From Minutocellus sp. GHC0000111 (Eukaryota), in the NCBI GenBank assembly GCA_977018835.1, contig OZ361259.1, positions 1 to 64,000 on the forward strand: 64,000 nt of DNA. Direction: 5' to 3'. Shown here piece by piece: positions 21,339 to 34,173 of this stretch; the first letter of the stretch is position 1; every line of letters begins with the position of its first letter. The notes beneath the pieces were generated by a model, which did no database searches, was not told where the DNA came from, and saw only the letters and a program-made list of their open reading frames with translations. The position numbers were made by a program, and so were the translations under genes.

Positions 21339-21881
21339 GATGCATTTATTTGATGCCGAGGGAAGTAGTTGTGAAGGCGGCAGCTCCTACTTTGGGACGG
21401 CAAGAGAGGTGACACCACTTCTACTTTTGGCGCCACAAATTTGTGAAAATTGAAATCGGGTCGTCTTGTGCCACTTCGGCTCCGTCCGTCCGGCTTCACA
21501 AGATCAAAAGTACAGTGTCGCCTCTGCCTGATTCTACGAGCCTGCCGGTTCGCCGAACGATCGTTTTTTCCAGACCGCCGGCACATCGGCACTCGGACCT
21601 CGGCACCTTTGCCTACCGGCCGTGCCAAATAACTGCTAGAGTTCAAAGAGGTCAAGATACTGACCATCAGGGTGTGTCGGTGGTTGAGATACCCATCAGT
21701 CGCACCGTGAGATCGGCGCGAGATCTTGGGGGATTAAACGGCACATCTTGTGTTCGTTTGTGCAGCAAAATTAATTGATTGCGTTCTCTGCACGAGCTTT
21801 GCGGGAGCCCCAAACGAAGCAGAGCCCGGTCTTGGTTATTTGTCTGTTTGTTTGCTGTCGGCTTGAATTGACTTGGAAGCA

Positions 21882-24800
21882 ATGGAGACCCCAAGCAATG
21901 GCCAGGCATACCAGGAGATGCCGGACGAGGGCAACGATCAGCAGGAGCAAATTGGCGTCGGTCCGCAACACATGAACGCAGCGATCGGCACTGGTACCAA
22001 TGATGATGATGCCAACAACATCAATAATACTGCTTTGCCAAGATCACGAACCGCGGAAAGCTACGAAGATTTCGCCCCGGCTGCGTCGACCATGTCCAGC
22101 CTCGGACAGAGCATCGCCCACACCCGCACGTCGTCGTACAATTCCAACGCCAGTCACATCGGACCCCTAATGTATGCCGCCGGGTATCGGCCGGGACAGA
22201 ATCACTTTGTGGATACTACTGGCAGCGGCCACTACGGAGAAACTGCGGCCGGCACAGCAGCGGGAGACTACGTTGCGCCGGTAAATTTCGACGTCACTAC
22301 GGGAGATTACGTGGCGCCGGTAAACTTTCAAGGGCCGCAATCGCCGCTATCACCGGGACCTGGTGTCGGGCTGGGCGATCGGTCGGCCTATCCCTCCATC
22401 GAGCGGGTCAATTCCGACGACACGCACAACACCTACGCCAGCTGGGCGTACGAGCGGGCCCTGTCGGCACAGATGCAGCTCGATCAGATGAAGCGGTCCA
22501 AGAACGGACCTACTAGAAGGGGGAAGCGAAGGTCGCACTTTTTCCATGGAAGAAGAATCAGCAGGCAGCGGCATCCAGCAAACATTCCGACGGGGCCGAT
22601 GGGTCGGACGGGGCCAAGTTGGACACTTGGTACGGTGTGTTCTTGCCCTGTTTGTCGCAGATTCTGGGCATTATTTTTTATCTCCGTCTGCCGACCATTA
22701 CCGCCCAGGCCGGTTGCATCGGTGCCACGGCCATCATTGCCATCTGCGTTTTGAGTACCTTCGTTACGTCCCTGTCGTTGAGTGCCATCGCTACGAACGG
22801 TACCATCGAGGCAGGTGGTCCGTACTACATTATCAGCAGAACACTTGGAGTGGAGATTGGAGGATCACTCGGTCTGCTCTTTTATCTGGGCAACACCATC
22901 GGGGCTGCCATGTATGTTCTCGGTGCCGTAGAGGCCTTTCAGACTGATTTGGACTTGTATGGTGCCCCCGCCGAGGAGGCCGCCGAGGAAGAGCTCGATG
23001 ATCTCGTTGCATTCTATGAGATTGATGACGACGACGAAGAGGAGGAAGAATACGTCGACCCCAACGCTGTGATAGAAGAGGAGGAGGATGATGACTGGTT
23101 TGGCAATGCCGAGATCGCCAGCATGGTCCTCATGTTCATCCTTGCCGGCATGGTGGGAATCGGTGGTATGAAATACATCTCCCGCGCTACCGGAACCTTT
23201 CTGTCAGTGAATGCGTTGTCCGTCTTCAGCATCCTCTTTGGTGCGGCACTGTTTGGGTTGCAAGTATGGGATGGATCTCTTACTTCAAATGAGCGAGCAT
23301 TTGGTAAAAATCTGTGGCCCAAATTCAGTCCCGACCCCAAAACAGGCATCACTCCGACATGGGCCAGCCTTTTGGCTCTCTTCTATCCCAGTGTTACCGG
23401 AATCATGGCCGGAACCAACCGAAGTGGCAAGCTTGCCAAACCATCAAAAAGTATTCCAACGGGAACCATATCCGCCATCACCGTCACGTCTCTGCTCTAC
23501 TTCATCCAGGTCTGGTTGGTCGGTAATGTAGTTACCCGCAAGGCTCTCATGGAGAACAAGCTCATCCTTGCCTGTTTGGCGTGGCCATCGCGCTTCGTCA
23601 TCAAGGCCGGTATCATCACCGCATCGATCGGTGCCGCTCTTCAATGTTTGGCAGGTGCGCCTCAGCTACTGGCCGCCATTGCCGTTGACGATGCCATCCC
23701 GTATCTACGATTTGTCAAACCCTATGACTTTCATGATGACATTGTCACTCAGAAAAATGCCAACCCCTCCGCTGCCATTTTTGTTACTTATATCATCGCC
23801 AGTGCAGCATCCTTGGTGGGAAATCTTGATCACATCACTCCACTTTTGACCAATTGCTTTCTACTTATGTATGGTGGCATTAATCTCTGTGCTTTCTTGT
23901 TGGGATGGATCAATGCACCGGGATTTCGTCCGAGTTTTCGCTTCTACAACAAGCATGTATCTCTTCTCGGTGCCATCCTTTGTCTATTATTGTCATTTTC
24001 CATCAGCTGGTTCATGGCGGTCCTTGCCATTGGCCTCTTTTTCATAAATTACATTTACATACGCAAGGTGCGACAGATCAATGAGATGTCTGCCGAGTAC
24101 AAGTCAATGGGTGGTCCCAATGATACCAAAAATCTCGGTGATATTGGCGACAGCCTCAGGTATAAAATCACAATGATGGTGCTCATGAATGTAACGAGTA
24201 CGGAGAACTTCCATGCCAAAAATTGGAGGCCGCAGCTGTTGACAATTGTCGATACTGACGATGCCGGAGTTCCTCAAAATATGGAACTTATTGCCCTCGC
24301 TGCTCAGCTCAAGAAGGGAAGAGGCCTCAACGTAATTTTGTCTGTGAAGCGTGGTTCAATTGTCAAGCCCGGGGCATATGAAGCAATGATGGGGTGCCGG
24401 CGCGTGTTGAAACGCTACATGGCAAGAGAAGGCCTCGAGGGATATGCATCAATTTCAGTTACTCATCAGGAATTCAGTGATTCCGTCCTTGCTTCTGTAA
24501 TGTCCACCGGCATCGGTCCCGTTTCACCAAACCTCATTATGCTTCCTTTCCTCCGAGATTACAAGAAGCGAGTGAATCGAGCCGAAGAAATGGTGAAAAC
24601 AATCAAGGGTCTCACGATTCTGAAGCGAGCCGTTGTCCTATTCAAGGGCAGTTCAACGTATCCGCGAAAAGGAAAGTCGTTGGATGAAGGCCAGATCGAT
24701 ATTTATTGGGTAGTTGAGGAGGGTGGCCTGTGTCTTCTATTGCCTTACCTGCTATCACAGCATCGTATTTGGCGCAAAAACACAACCCTTCGCATTTTTG

Positions 24801-25489
24801 CCGTGGCAACCGATCCCAATGAGGATTTGGAACAACTTGAGGCATCTGTATTGGACTATTGCGAAAGTGTTCGAATTAAGGCGACCGTCAACGTGATTGA
24901 TATGGCGAGATCGACAATCGCCACGGACATGACGAGATCAAACTCACCCTCAGGCAAGGGCGAGAGACGGCATCCGTACCAAAGCCTTGATCCTTACGAG
25001 CACCGATTGACAATATCTAAAGCGCTGAATCAGTCTCAAGACTATGATGGGTCCAAAGTTGTCGTTGGCGACACGCCCAGAGCGTCCAGTACTAGAAAAA
25101 TGTTGAGCTTTGAGGAGGAGGACAATATCCGTAATGGATCCCAGCCGAGATCACCAAGTAAGAAGGCTCGGTCTCCGAGGGCTTTGGATTCCGGTGATCT
25201 GGACACCTCTACGTCGTTCGCAGAGGCATTGCAGAGGCCATCGATGAGTCATGCCGTCGATGAAGATTATGCAGCGGACGGCCCTCAGATGCAGACTGCA
25301 AAAATGTTCAACAACATCATTCGATTTTATTCGCATTCCTCAAACCTCGTTGTGACCAACATGCCCCTCGTTGAGAGTATGCCTGATACTCAATTCTTCT
25401 TTTCCTACATCGAACGATTATCGATGTGCGTTGATAACATCATGCTTGTAAAGGGCAGCGAGCATGAGGTGGTTACAACCGTAGGATAA
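21882..25489 (+). pseudogene. Cation-chloride cotransporter (SLC12/CCC), copy 1, frameshifted
   Basis: Motifs GVFLPCLSQILGII, SLSAIATNG, GGPYYIISRTLG, FYPSVTGIMAG and KNWRPQLL. One G is missing after 22543 relative to copy 2. Confidence 0.9.
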
Positions 25490-25559
25490 ATCATTTTTGT
25501 ATAAAATCTTGCAGAGCTACATGTTTTGAACTTTCTATTACCATACATATTCCTAAAAT

Positions 25560-27080
25560 TTAGGCCTTGTAATCGCACTCGGCATCAAGTTGGGTACCCG
25601 AAACCTGGATGATGTGACGAGCGGCGTAGTGGCCGGCGTTGACGGCAGCCTCGATGTCCTTGTCCTGAACAAGCTGGCTGAGGAAACCACCGACAAAGGC
25701 ATCACCGGCACCGTTGGTGTCAACGAGGAGGTCCTTGCTGAGGGGCTCAACAGCATACTCGGTAACCTTGCCATCGCGAGCGACGATGGTGGACTTGCCG
25801 CCCTGAGTGAAGACGACGGTACGGGGACGAGAAGTGTTCTTCTTGGGCAAAGCGGCAACCTTCAGAGCAACCTCCTTGAGATCATCACCGAGATCGTGCT
25901 TCTTGGCATACGCAGCGGCCTCACTCTCATTGCAGAAGAGGTAATCAGCATAGGGCATGGCCTCGGCGACCTGATCACCGAAGAAATCAATGATGAAAGG
26001 AGCCGAATGGTTCAGGCAGAAGGTCTTGTTCTCGGCAACGGCGTGCTCGGCAACGGCCTTGAGCGACTCGACCGAAACGGTGAGGAAGAAACCGGCAATG
26101 TAATAGAACTTGGCAGCCTCAATGATCTCCTTGGCCTTGGGAGTTTCCAAGTGCGAAGGCTTGAAGTTGTTGGCGGCATCGAGCTTGGTCACCAAGGATC
26201 GCTCGCCGCCCTTGACAAGGACCGCGCAAACGCCGGTGGGGGTATCGGCATCCTGCATGTAATGAGTGAGGACACCATCGCCCGCGGCGCACTTGGCCAG
26301 AGTCTCGCCGAACTCATCCTTGCCGACACATCCCATGAAGGCGGTGGCATCGGCCATGCCGGCGCTCTTGAGCATCCACTGAGCAACGCGGATGGAGTTC
26401 TGGGTGGCACCGCCGGCAATGTACTTGGGGCTGTAGTTGTCGACGAGGTCCTTGTAGATGGGCTCGTGCTTCTCCTCGGCGAGGATGGCGGAATCGAGCT
26501 GAACCTCGTACTTGTCGAGCATGTCTTGACTGACCTCGCTGGAAATGTCGAGGAGGGGGTTGCCCATACCCATGAGAAGACCTGTGTTCGGAGAGTGCAG
26601 AAGAGGAGATCGGCATGAAAGATATGAGAATATATGTATGTGCATGTGTGTTGTGTGGCTAGACGAGGCTGACTTGGGCAAAATTGTCCGTTGAGACTAC
26701 TTGGTCGAAGCCATCCAATTCCAATTGCCCTCTTCCAAATGGAACTTTTTGTTCTTCAGGAAACCAATGGCATATCTCCTTGGGTATTTCAGTGAAAAAC
26801 CCTGACGATCAGTCCGACGTTGCATACATTTCATATGAGATTGCAATCATCGAAGACCACCAACGTTGCTCCATGAAGCATCAAACGTGAGCCCAACTGG
26901 AACTTCTTGTGTTCCATCAGCAATTTCATTGAGAGCCAATGACGTATGCCCCCCATGCAGGTGAAAGTGAAGGCCAGCACACCACCAGATGTGCCGCATT
27001 TTCCTCAGGCATCCTGCCTCATTTCTCTTCTTCTTTGATCGAGACCGAAGCGAGCGCGACGCACCGTTGAAGCAAGACAT
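25560..27080 (-). CDS. ADK: Adenosine kinase (PfkB family), copy 1
   Basis: Motifs GMGNPLLDIS, GGATQNSIRVAQW and DTNGAGDAFVGGF. Inferred exon 1 at 27065-27080 (MSCFN-G) and intron 26582-27064. Confidence 0.92.
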
Positions 27081-27347
27081 GGTGGAGGTAGTTGGGTGGA
27101 TTAACGATGTGCAAAAAGTAGCGATGATACCAAAAAATAATGAGCGATGTGGCGCCGAGCCGAGACGATCGGTCGGTTGGCGGCAGGCGGGTGCGAGACA
27201 GGCCGAGAAGTCAAAGCGACGGACAGACGGCACGTGCTCGGATGCTTCGAAGAAATTAGCCACACCTCTCCTATCCTTCGAGGGAGAGTGAGTTGTTAGT
27301 TGAGCGAGAGACGAGACGTCATTTCGCATGCGATTGGAAAGGAAGTC

Positions 27348-28181
27348 ATGCCCTCGTCAACGACCGGCCGTGACGCGCTGCTGCTCTCGGGCGGCGCCCT
27401 GATCGGCGCTGCCTCGTGCTATGCCGTCATGCGCAAGCGAAATCGAACATCGGACGGTAAAGCAGCAAGCGGCACCACCGACGAACACCACGACACTCGG
27501 CAGCACCTGACCTGCCCATCGCCCCAGGACCTCCCGCCGTTCGCTCAACAATTGGAGGCCGACTCTAATCTCCATCGCGTAAGCCTACGAGAATGGGAAG
27601 ATGCCGAATGGCGCAAAAGTTCTGGTTGGGTCGGACGGGACTACATCCACAACACATCCAGTCGCGCCGTACAAGTCTTGTCCTACTACTACAATGACGA
27701 CGCCGATAGCAAGGAGATGATAGGGGTGGTTTGGTTCGGCCCAGATGCCGAGAGTCATCGGGGACTGTGCCACGGCGGGGCCATGAGCTCATTGATGGAC
27801 GATTTCTGCGGACACTGTGCATTTGTGACCAGTGACGCTCCGTGGAGCGGAGCTACTGTGCAAGTCAATGTTGCCCTATCGAAACCGGTCAAGGTTGGGT
27901 CAGTACTGCGCATCGTGGGCAGGGTGACCAAGAGAGAACGACGAAAGGCATATGTCGAGGCGTCGCTAGACGATGGGGGCGAGGATCCTGCCATCTATGC
28001 CAAATTGGAGGGACTTTCGATCGATGGAGTGCGCATGTCGGTCAAGGATGACGAAATGTCGCAGAGGCAATGGGAGGTTCATACCTGCGATAAGGGACGG
28101 CGGCATCAGAGAGATTCCGGGTGGAACATCCAACCGGGGTCGATCAAACTGTCAAGTAGCTTGACGGATTCTATAAGCTAG
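27348..28181 (+). CDS. Hotdog-fold acyl-CoA thioesterase (PaaI/THEM4-like), copy 1
   Basis: ESHRGLCHGGAMSSLMDD, T.QVNV.L.KPV and an N-terminal hydrophobic anchor. Confidence 0.8.
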   Translation: MPSSTTGRDALLLSGGALIGAASCYAVMRKRNRTSDGKAASGTTDEHHDTRQHLTCPSPQDLPPFAQQLEADSNLHRVSLREWEDAEWRKSSGWVGRDYIHNTSSRAVQVLSYYYNDDADSKEMIGVVWFGPDAESHRGLCHGGAMSSLMDDFCGHCAFVTSDAPWSGATVQVNVALSKPVKVGSVLRIVGRVTKRERRKAYVEASLDDGGEDPAIYAKLEGLSIDGVRMSVKDDEMSQRQWEVHTCDKGRRHQRDSGWNIQPGSIKLSSSLTDSIS

Positions 28182-28469
28182 AAGGTCGAGTAGTTTGAAG
28201 AGCTCTTGACCAAGCAATGATTTCGGGACTAATAATGGTCCCGTTTCTTCTCACTCCACAGCATTCGCAAAGTGGTGGAACCGCCTGCGCAGTTGTGAGG
28301 CGCTACAGTAAGCAAAGTCTGAAAGTAGGAAGTCATCACGCAAGTCGCAAGTAGGAATTCCATGGAAGTGAAAATCAGTCGACCGAGCGGATCGATTTGG
28401 CGCGACGACATAATTTCCAAAATCAACACACAAAACCTTGAGAACAAAATCACAAAATCCACAAACACA

Positions 28470-28787
28470 ATGGCCACCATCGTCGAACCTATCAAGAATT
28501 TCGCCCATATATCCCACGGAATTGCTGAAGCAACTTCAGAATTCCTCGAGGACTCTACTTTGGGCAGCCCTCTTCCCAACTATGCCCACGATGAAAAGAA
28601 GGCCGATGAGGACAAGGCCCACTTGGCAGACAAAATGTATTGTAAAATCGCCGCAGCACCTGGTGAGATTGTAGCTAGAGTAGCTGAAGGAACCGCTGAC
28701 TTGTCGAAGACACCACCGTCGGCCAGCCTTGGCCAGCCAAAACCAAATCACGCATGCAACGAGAAGAAAGTAGAGCAAGATATGTAG
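28470..28787 (+). CDS. Small hypothetical protein, copy 1
   Basis: ATG follows an A/C-rich leader (ACAAACACAATG). 105-aa ORF, same translation in copy 2, no recognisable motif. Confidence 0.4.
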   Translation: MATIVEPIKNFAHISHGIAEATSEFLEDSTLGSPLPNYAHDEKKADEDKAHLADKMYCKIAAAPGEIVARVAEGTADLSKTPPSASLGQPKPNHACNEKKVEQDM

Positions 28788-29072
28788 AAATTCCCGAATG
28801 CTCTCGTGGCGATCTCAGCTGGGATGGAAAACTTTGGAATATTAACTGTGAATCACCCTCTTTCCACATTTTGGGCGTCAAGGACGGCGAAGGATGTGAA
28901 TATCAAAACAATAAATAAAATATATGTGTGTAGAAGACAGTGATATCGAACAAAATGTGATTTAATTGATCTACGAACTCGTATGCCTATGGACCCTCCA
29001 TACAGCCATCATGAGGGGGAACATCTCGATATCTCTACATCAGCATCAACTCTTATGGAATCAAAACTGAAT

Positions 29073-29699
29073 CTAAAGTCCATCGATAACGTCCATAATC
29101 TTCTTGCATGCACCATCGATATCATTCATTTCCACCCGTAGGCATTCACTTTTCATGCAATTGTCCTTGACCATCTTCTCGCAGAGTTCGACTCGGTCCT
29201 TCTTGAGCTTCATGGTCAGGTCGTCGTCAATTGGGCTGATGGTAACCTGCATGGCCGTTGGATTCACATTCAAACTTTCACGCACTATGCGTTCGCAGGC
29301 CATCACTCGTTGCTCCGTATATCCACCGACCAAATTGATAACAGCATCTGCATCCGTGAGTGCATCCTCCTGCCAGCCCAGCCAATCCTGACCAACAATG
29401 TCCAGCAAATCGCCTCCATCCCAATCTCGTAGCGATACCCGTGGGTTGGCGTTCAGATATGCCTTGCCAACCCAACCAAAATCCGAGGAAACTCGCGCCG
29501 GCGCTGCAGCCAAGAAGGCATTGCGGCATAATATTTTGACCGAGTGGCCCTGCGAGCCCAGTGTTGCCGCGACTCTTTGTCCTATCTTGCCCGTTCCTCC
29601 TGGAATGACGATGTTCAGAGCATTGACGACATGGACATTTGCCGAAAGTAGAAGCATGAGGCTGAGCGCCAGCGAAGAGATGGAAGTTGCTGAAAGCAT
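29073..29699 (-). CDS. NAD(P)-binding Rossmann-fold protein with signal peptide, copy 1
   Basis: IVIPGGTGKIGQ and DADAVINLVGG, with a hydrophobic N-terminus. Confidence 0.8.
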   Translation of the reverse strand: MLSATSISSLALSLMLLLSANVHVVNALNIVIPGGTGKIGQRVAATLGSQGHSVKILCRNAFLAAAPARVSSDFGWVGKAYLNANPRVSLRDWDGGDLLDIVGQDWLGWQEDALTDADAVINLVGGYTEQRVMACERIVRESLNVNPTAMQVTISPIDDDLTMKLKKDRVELCEKMVKDNCMKSECLRVEMNDIDGACKKIMDVIDGL

Positions 29700-30788
29700 T
29701 TTTTCTTGATTGTAAATATATGCAGTTCTTGAATTCTCGCGGTGCGCCCGTGCAAAACCTCGATCAAGAGCAGAAGAGATCCTTATTCCTTAGGCGGCAG
29801 CTTCGGTAGTTGAAGATATCTTGGCCAGCGAACGACACTTTGACGACGATTGGCTGGAAATTCCGACGGCTTTCAAGTCAAGTAAGACGAACAAAACTAG
29901 CTAGGCAAAACGGAAAGATACCGGTGCGTCTGCGTATTCTCTTCGCTCTGTCGTTTGCTTGCAGTGGCGAATGGCAACCAAAGGCAGGGGACAGTGAGCA
30001 TGGCTGAGGGCCAGGAGGGTTGAACAACGAACCGAACAATGAGATATGTTTGAGGCACTAAAATGCTTTCGGCATGCCACTAAAGCAACCCAATGTGAGT
30101 TGCCGATGCCGGCGTAGGCAGCAAGAACAAGGGGGTCGGACCTCAAATTTGGGGGGCTCTTGGGGGGTAGTTGAGGGGGTTGTTGTTGTTTCTCCTATTT
30201 TACCCTACGTAGGGAATTGCCCGTCAGTTAGTGCGCATCGAGTTGGAACCGACTCGGTCGACTAAGTCTAGCCCTCGTTTCCTCGTGTGGATCGAGATCC
30301 TGACGGAGGAGGCTGAGTTCTGTGTGTGGTAAAAAAGGACGCTCTGGAGGCAGAGTCCTGCAGCAGGCTTAGAACAGATTTTTCGACTTATGGCTTCGTC
30401 AACGTTGTGGGAAGGCGGATCTTGATTGCATCACAGGGGGTCGCTAACAAACGCTAGCTAGTAAAAAATGTGACGTCACAGGCTTCCTGCACTTTAGCAA
30501 CACATGTGCAGCTGCAAGCAGGGCGAAGTCAGTTAGTTAGTGAGGCCGCCGCCTGATGAGCCAAAATCCAAAATTTGGGGGGTCCTGGGGGGGGGGGTGC
30601 CCTCTAATTCTTACTGCCTGCCGGCGAGGCCGCGCGGCGGCGCCGCCGCTTTCGCATTCGAGCTTTGCCGATGATGAGCCATTTACAGCCATCTTCTTGA
30701 GAGGGCGCGGTTGCGGCTTGACCTTGTTTGAGCGTTGGGATGCTAGCTAGTGCCGGCCGGTCTTCACTGCCTGCGCCATTTGTTGAAG

Positions 30789-32576
30789 ATGTCGGACAAC
30801 GAATGCAAAGAGCGAGTCGATGAAGTGGAGGAGCTTGTCACCAAGCTCTCCGGGCAAACGACAACGATGTGAAGGTGATTTCGATTTCGTATGAGAAATG
30901 GGAGGACATGTCCGAAGAGGAAGCCATGGTGGAAGCAATTCAAGTGTTTCGGGCGCTTGAAGACAACACCACCATTGAGGAGGTCAACCTCGAGCATTCT
31001 CCTGTTTTTGTCGACGAGTGTTTGGCAAGAGCCATCGCCCGGTCGCTGGCCAAGAATAATCAGTCTGCGGAAGATGTATGTGTTAGTCCCAAAATGCGCA
31101 CTGTCCCAGTTCGCGAACTGGGACAGTGCGCATTTTGGGACTAACATATACATTTGTTGTGCTCAGTTCGAGGGGCAAAGCGAGATGAGGATTGTCCTTG
31201 AGAGCCTCGTCAACAACAACAGAATCAAATGGGACGGTATCTCATCGCACGGCATTTGCAGCGGTTTGAACGAAAACAGTTCAATCAAAACGCTCGATCT
31301 CGCTGAGACAACGATGAACTTTTCCTCCCGAGTGCCTGTATGGGCATGTGAGGACCTCTGTAAGGCAGTTGGTGAAGGAACGAAAGTGCGCCTTCGAACG
31401 TACGCGCATCGCAGCCTCGCATCTCTCATTACCACATACCAAAATATTGAGGAGCTCGTTATTTTCGTCCATCGTCCACTGGAAGATGATGAGTGGTTGG
31501 CCCTGGCCAAGGGAGTCTCTGCAAATAGATCGATCAAGAAGCTGGCACTTGTTCAAGACTTCGGTGTGTCGGACATGTTCGACAAGGGGTCAAGATGTCT
31601 GTTCGAAGCGATTGCTCTCGGGCCAGTTGAGAAATTTTCGTTGGAGGAGATACCATTGGGAGATGATGCTATTGGTATTATTTGCAAGGCACTGTGCCAA
31701 TCTCAGTCGCTCCGCTATCTGGAAATCGACTGCCGCATGGCTAACCACAGGAAAGTAGAGATTCCTATCACTCGAAAGGGTGCTACTCACCTGGGGAACT
31801 TGTTACGGTCAAGCAATAGCCTTGAGTCGCTTGTTATCGACTCTGGTTATTCATCTAAGGTCACTTGTATCGGTGATGAGGGCGCAGTTATAATGGCGAA
31901 CGCAATCGCAGAACGTGGCATGAAGGCAACGAAACTTTCATTGCGAAGATGTAACATTGGTAACAGGGGTGGACGTGCCTTTCGCAACCTTCTTCTTTTA
32001 CCACATGTGAAGCTCGAAGCACTGGACCTTACGTTAAATCCATTTAGCTTGACGGCCTGCAAGGAATTTGCGGATTGTCTTCGGGACAACAGCATTCTTC
32101 AATCCTTAAACCTCGGAGGTCCAAGAGATGAGAGTCGAGAAGTTGGTGACGACGCAAGAATTCATCTGATTGGCGCCTTGAAAAACAACCACACTCTCAA
32201 GAGCCTCTGCCTCCCCTATGGCTGTGGGGATACTGACTCTTGTGTTGCGAGAAGCTGCAGTAGAACGGACAGTATTCTCCGTGAGGTTCTTATGGTAAAT
32301 CACACGCTTTCTTACCTTGGCTGCTATAATGGCGACGAAACTCTCGAGAATTTTATTTCCTGTGCCAATAGAAAGCACCCTGTGCTCGCATCGACGATGA
32401 AAGGCGCACCATTTCCCGCGCGCCTGATAAAAGACATACCAGGCATTGTAGTCGCAAATACTATTGAGCGCGCAGATGCAGTTGCTGGCATCGACGGTGT
32501 CTTTAGCTTGTTGCGGCAGGTGGGTCATGCAATCGCTACGAACGACTCATCCATGAAGAGAGCAAGAAATGACTAA
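30789..32576 (+). pseudogene. RNI-like LRR protein, paralog of 3749-5782, with frameshifts near 30850 and 31060 and a MITE remnant
   Basis: The C-terminal HPVLASTMKGAPFP..IKDI.G...AN is shared with 3749-5782. The N-terminus is split over three frames. Confidence 0.8.
31079..31148. mobile_element. Collapsed MITE remnant containing a 66-bp perfect palindrome (31081-31146)
   Basis: Consists of the two termini of the element at 63202-63949, flanked by TA, at the same insertion site. Confidence 0.9.
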
Positions 32577-32783
32577 CTAACAAGATATCAAGGTGGTAGT
32601 TTTTGGTAGTGCAAGCGTAAATACTATGCACCACTAGAACTGTAGGGGAGATAATAATCGAATAAATCATGCAAGTTAGTTCTGCTCGATTATCTACAAA
32701 GGACCTCAACCGATACCAATGCAGATACATATCGACCGTTCCCATGCCAATCGACATTCAAGTGGAAAAATATCTGCGACAAT

Positions 32784-33799
32784 TTACTTCCTCACGAGTA
32801 CCTCGGGGACACCACTGGCATCCCTCACAACGAGAAGATCCTCATCGACATAGGTGACGTACAAATCTCGGGAGTACTGCACGGCCTGGGGCAGATCGAT
32901 CGAATTGCCCAATACGGTGGCGCTCTCGTACGTTTCGGTAAGTCGGACGGAGCTGTCCACATCCAACCGAGCGCTGACAACGACCTCGTTCTCGGTACCG
33001 CCGAGGAACTTGACCGGGACACTGGCCTCGATGCGGGGCTGCTCGCGAGAGATGGCTGTGGTGGGAATATAGAAATAATGAAAGCGGTTAGAAAAAAATG
33101 AAGTTCAAACGAAACCGGCACATCATTTGTTGGATCGGCGTCCATCCAAAGATACTATCCGCTCCATACGCATAACCACAACCCAATTCCATCCCACTTA
33201 CAGATCTCCAATTCACCAAGCTCAACGAGGGCCTTGGGAAGCTTCTGGGCCAAGCTCAAGGCGAACAGACCGGGGCTGTATCCGCCGCTGTACAAAAACA
33301 ACGCCAGCTGACGGGTGGGGCTGGGCAAAGCCCACTCATTGCTGTATCCGCCGGCATACCGCAGAGTCCAAACGCCATTGAGCAACGGACTGAAGGCTGG
33401 ATCGTCCGTGGGGTTCATCCGCTCCAGCTTGAGCAGCGCCTCGTTAATGTCGGCACGCTTGGTGGCGTCCATGGAATCCGCCCCAGCCAGGTCGGTGGGG
33501 AGCAAATCAAAGACAGAATCGACCTGCGCCTCAACCTCGTTGGGTTCGGTAGCCTCCACGTCGACAGCGGCCTCCGTCTCGTAGTGCTCCTCGGAGGACG
33601 AATCGGACGGGTAGTCGTAATCGTCCTCGTCGGACATGCGCAGGACTGATGACGAGGAAGTGGTGATGGGTGCCGAAGAAGATGCCGATGCAGGCGTAAG
33701 TCCAACCTGCGACTTGGCGCCGCCGAAGGCAAAGGCCGAGGCCGACGTGGCGCACAGGGCGGCCGTCAGGGCGAGAGTGGACACCTTGGTGCTGGGCAT
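32784..33799 (-). CDS. Plastid PAP/fibrillin family protein
   Basis: Signal peptide + ASAFAF, LERMNPT, LNGVWTLRY and TYVDEDLLVVRD. Intron 33056-33201 (GTAAGT..CAG) keeps the frame. Confidence 0.88.
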
Positions 33800-34173
33800 G
33801 GTGCGCGTATCTGCGGGGTTGGGGATCTGGAACGTGAAAGAATGGCGGCGAACGGCTACGCAGAGCGGCAGGTCTTCATGGTTGCCGTTTCGTCGCCGAT
33901 CGACCGCCAGCTCAGCACGTTAATTAACGTGTTTTTTCTCAATGACCTGTTTTCGGAGTCCGAATTGAGCTGCAGAGCCAACCAGCAAGAGAAGAGGCGG
34001 CGGCAAGGCCGGAGATCGAATGGACAACCCAACAATAATAACACAAGATCTATTCCAACAGGTCTTGTGGTACCGGTACTTGTAACGATTCATAGCATAA
34101 CAAAATCACATTTGCAGCAGACTTTAGACTAGCTAGGAACTGGCTCGGCTCCTCTGCTCTTCTCTTGAGAAAA

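Larger units (their letters stand above)
21284..31198 (+). repeat. Segmental duplication, copy 1 (portion with a visible partner)
   Basis: Near-identical to 53446-64000. Identity starts at GGTCCGAGGCGATG. Confidence 0.97.

Noticed and set aside
22263..22330. Duplicated peptide GDYVAPVNF in the CCC N-terminus
   Set aside because: Small old in-frame duplication in a likely disordered tail, with no evidence of function.
25590..26618. 342-aa + strand ORF (and its copy at 57753-58781)
   Set aside because: Antisense shadow of the codon-biased adenosine kinase gene, with no motif of its own.
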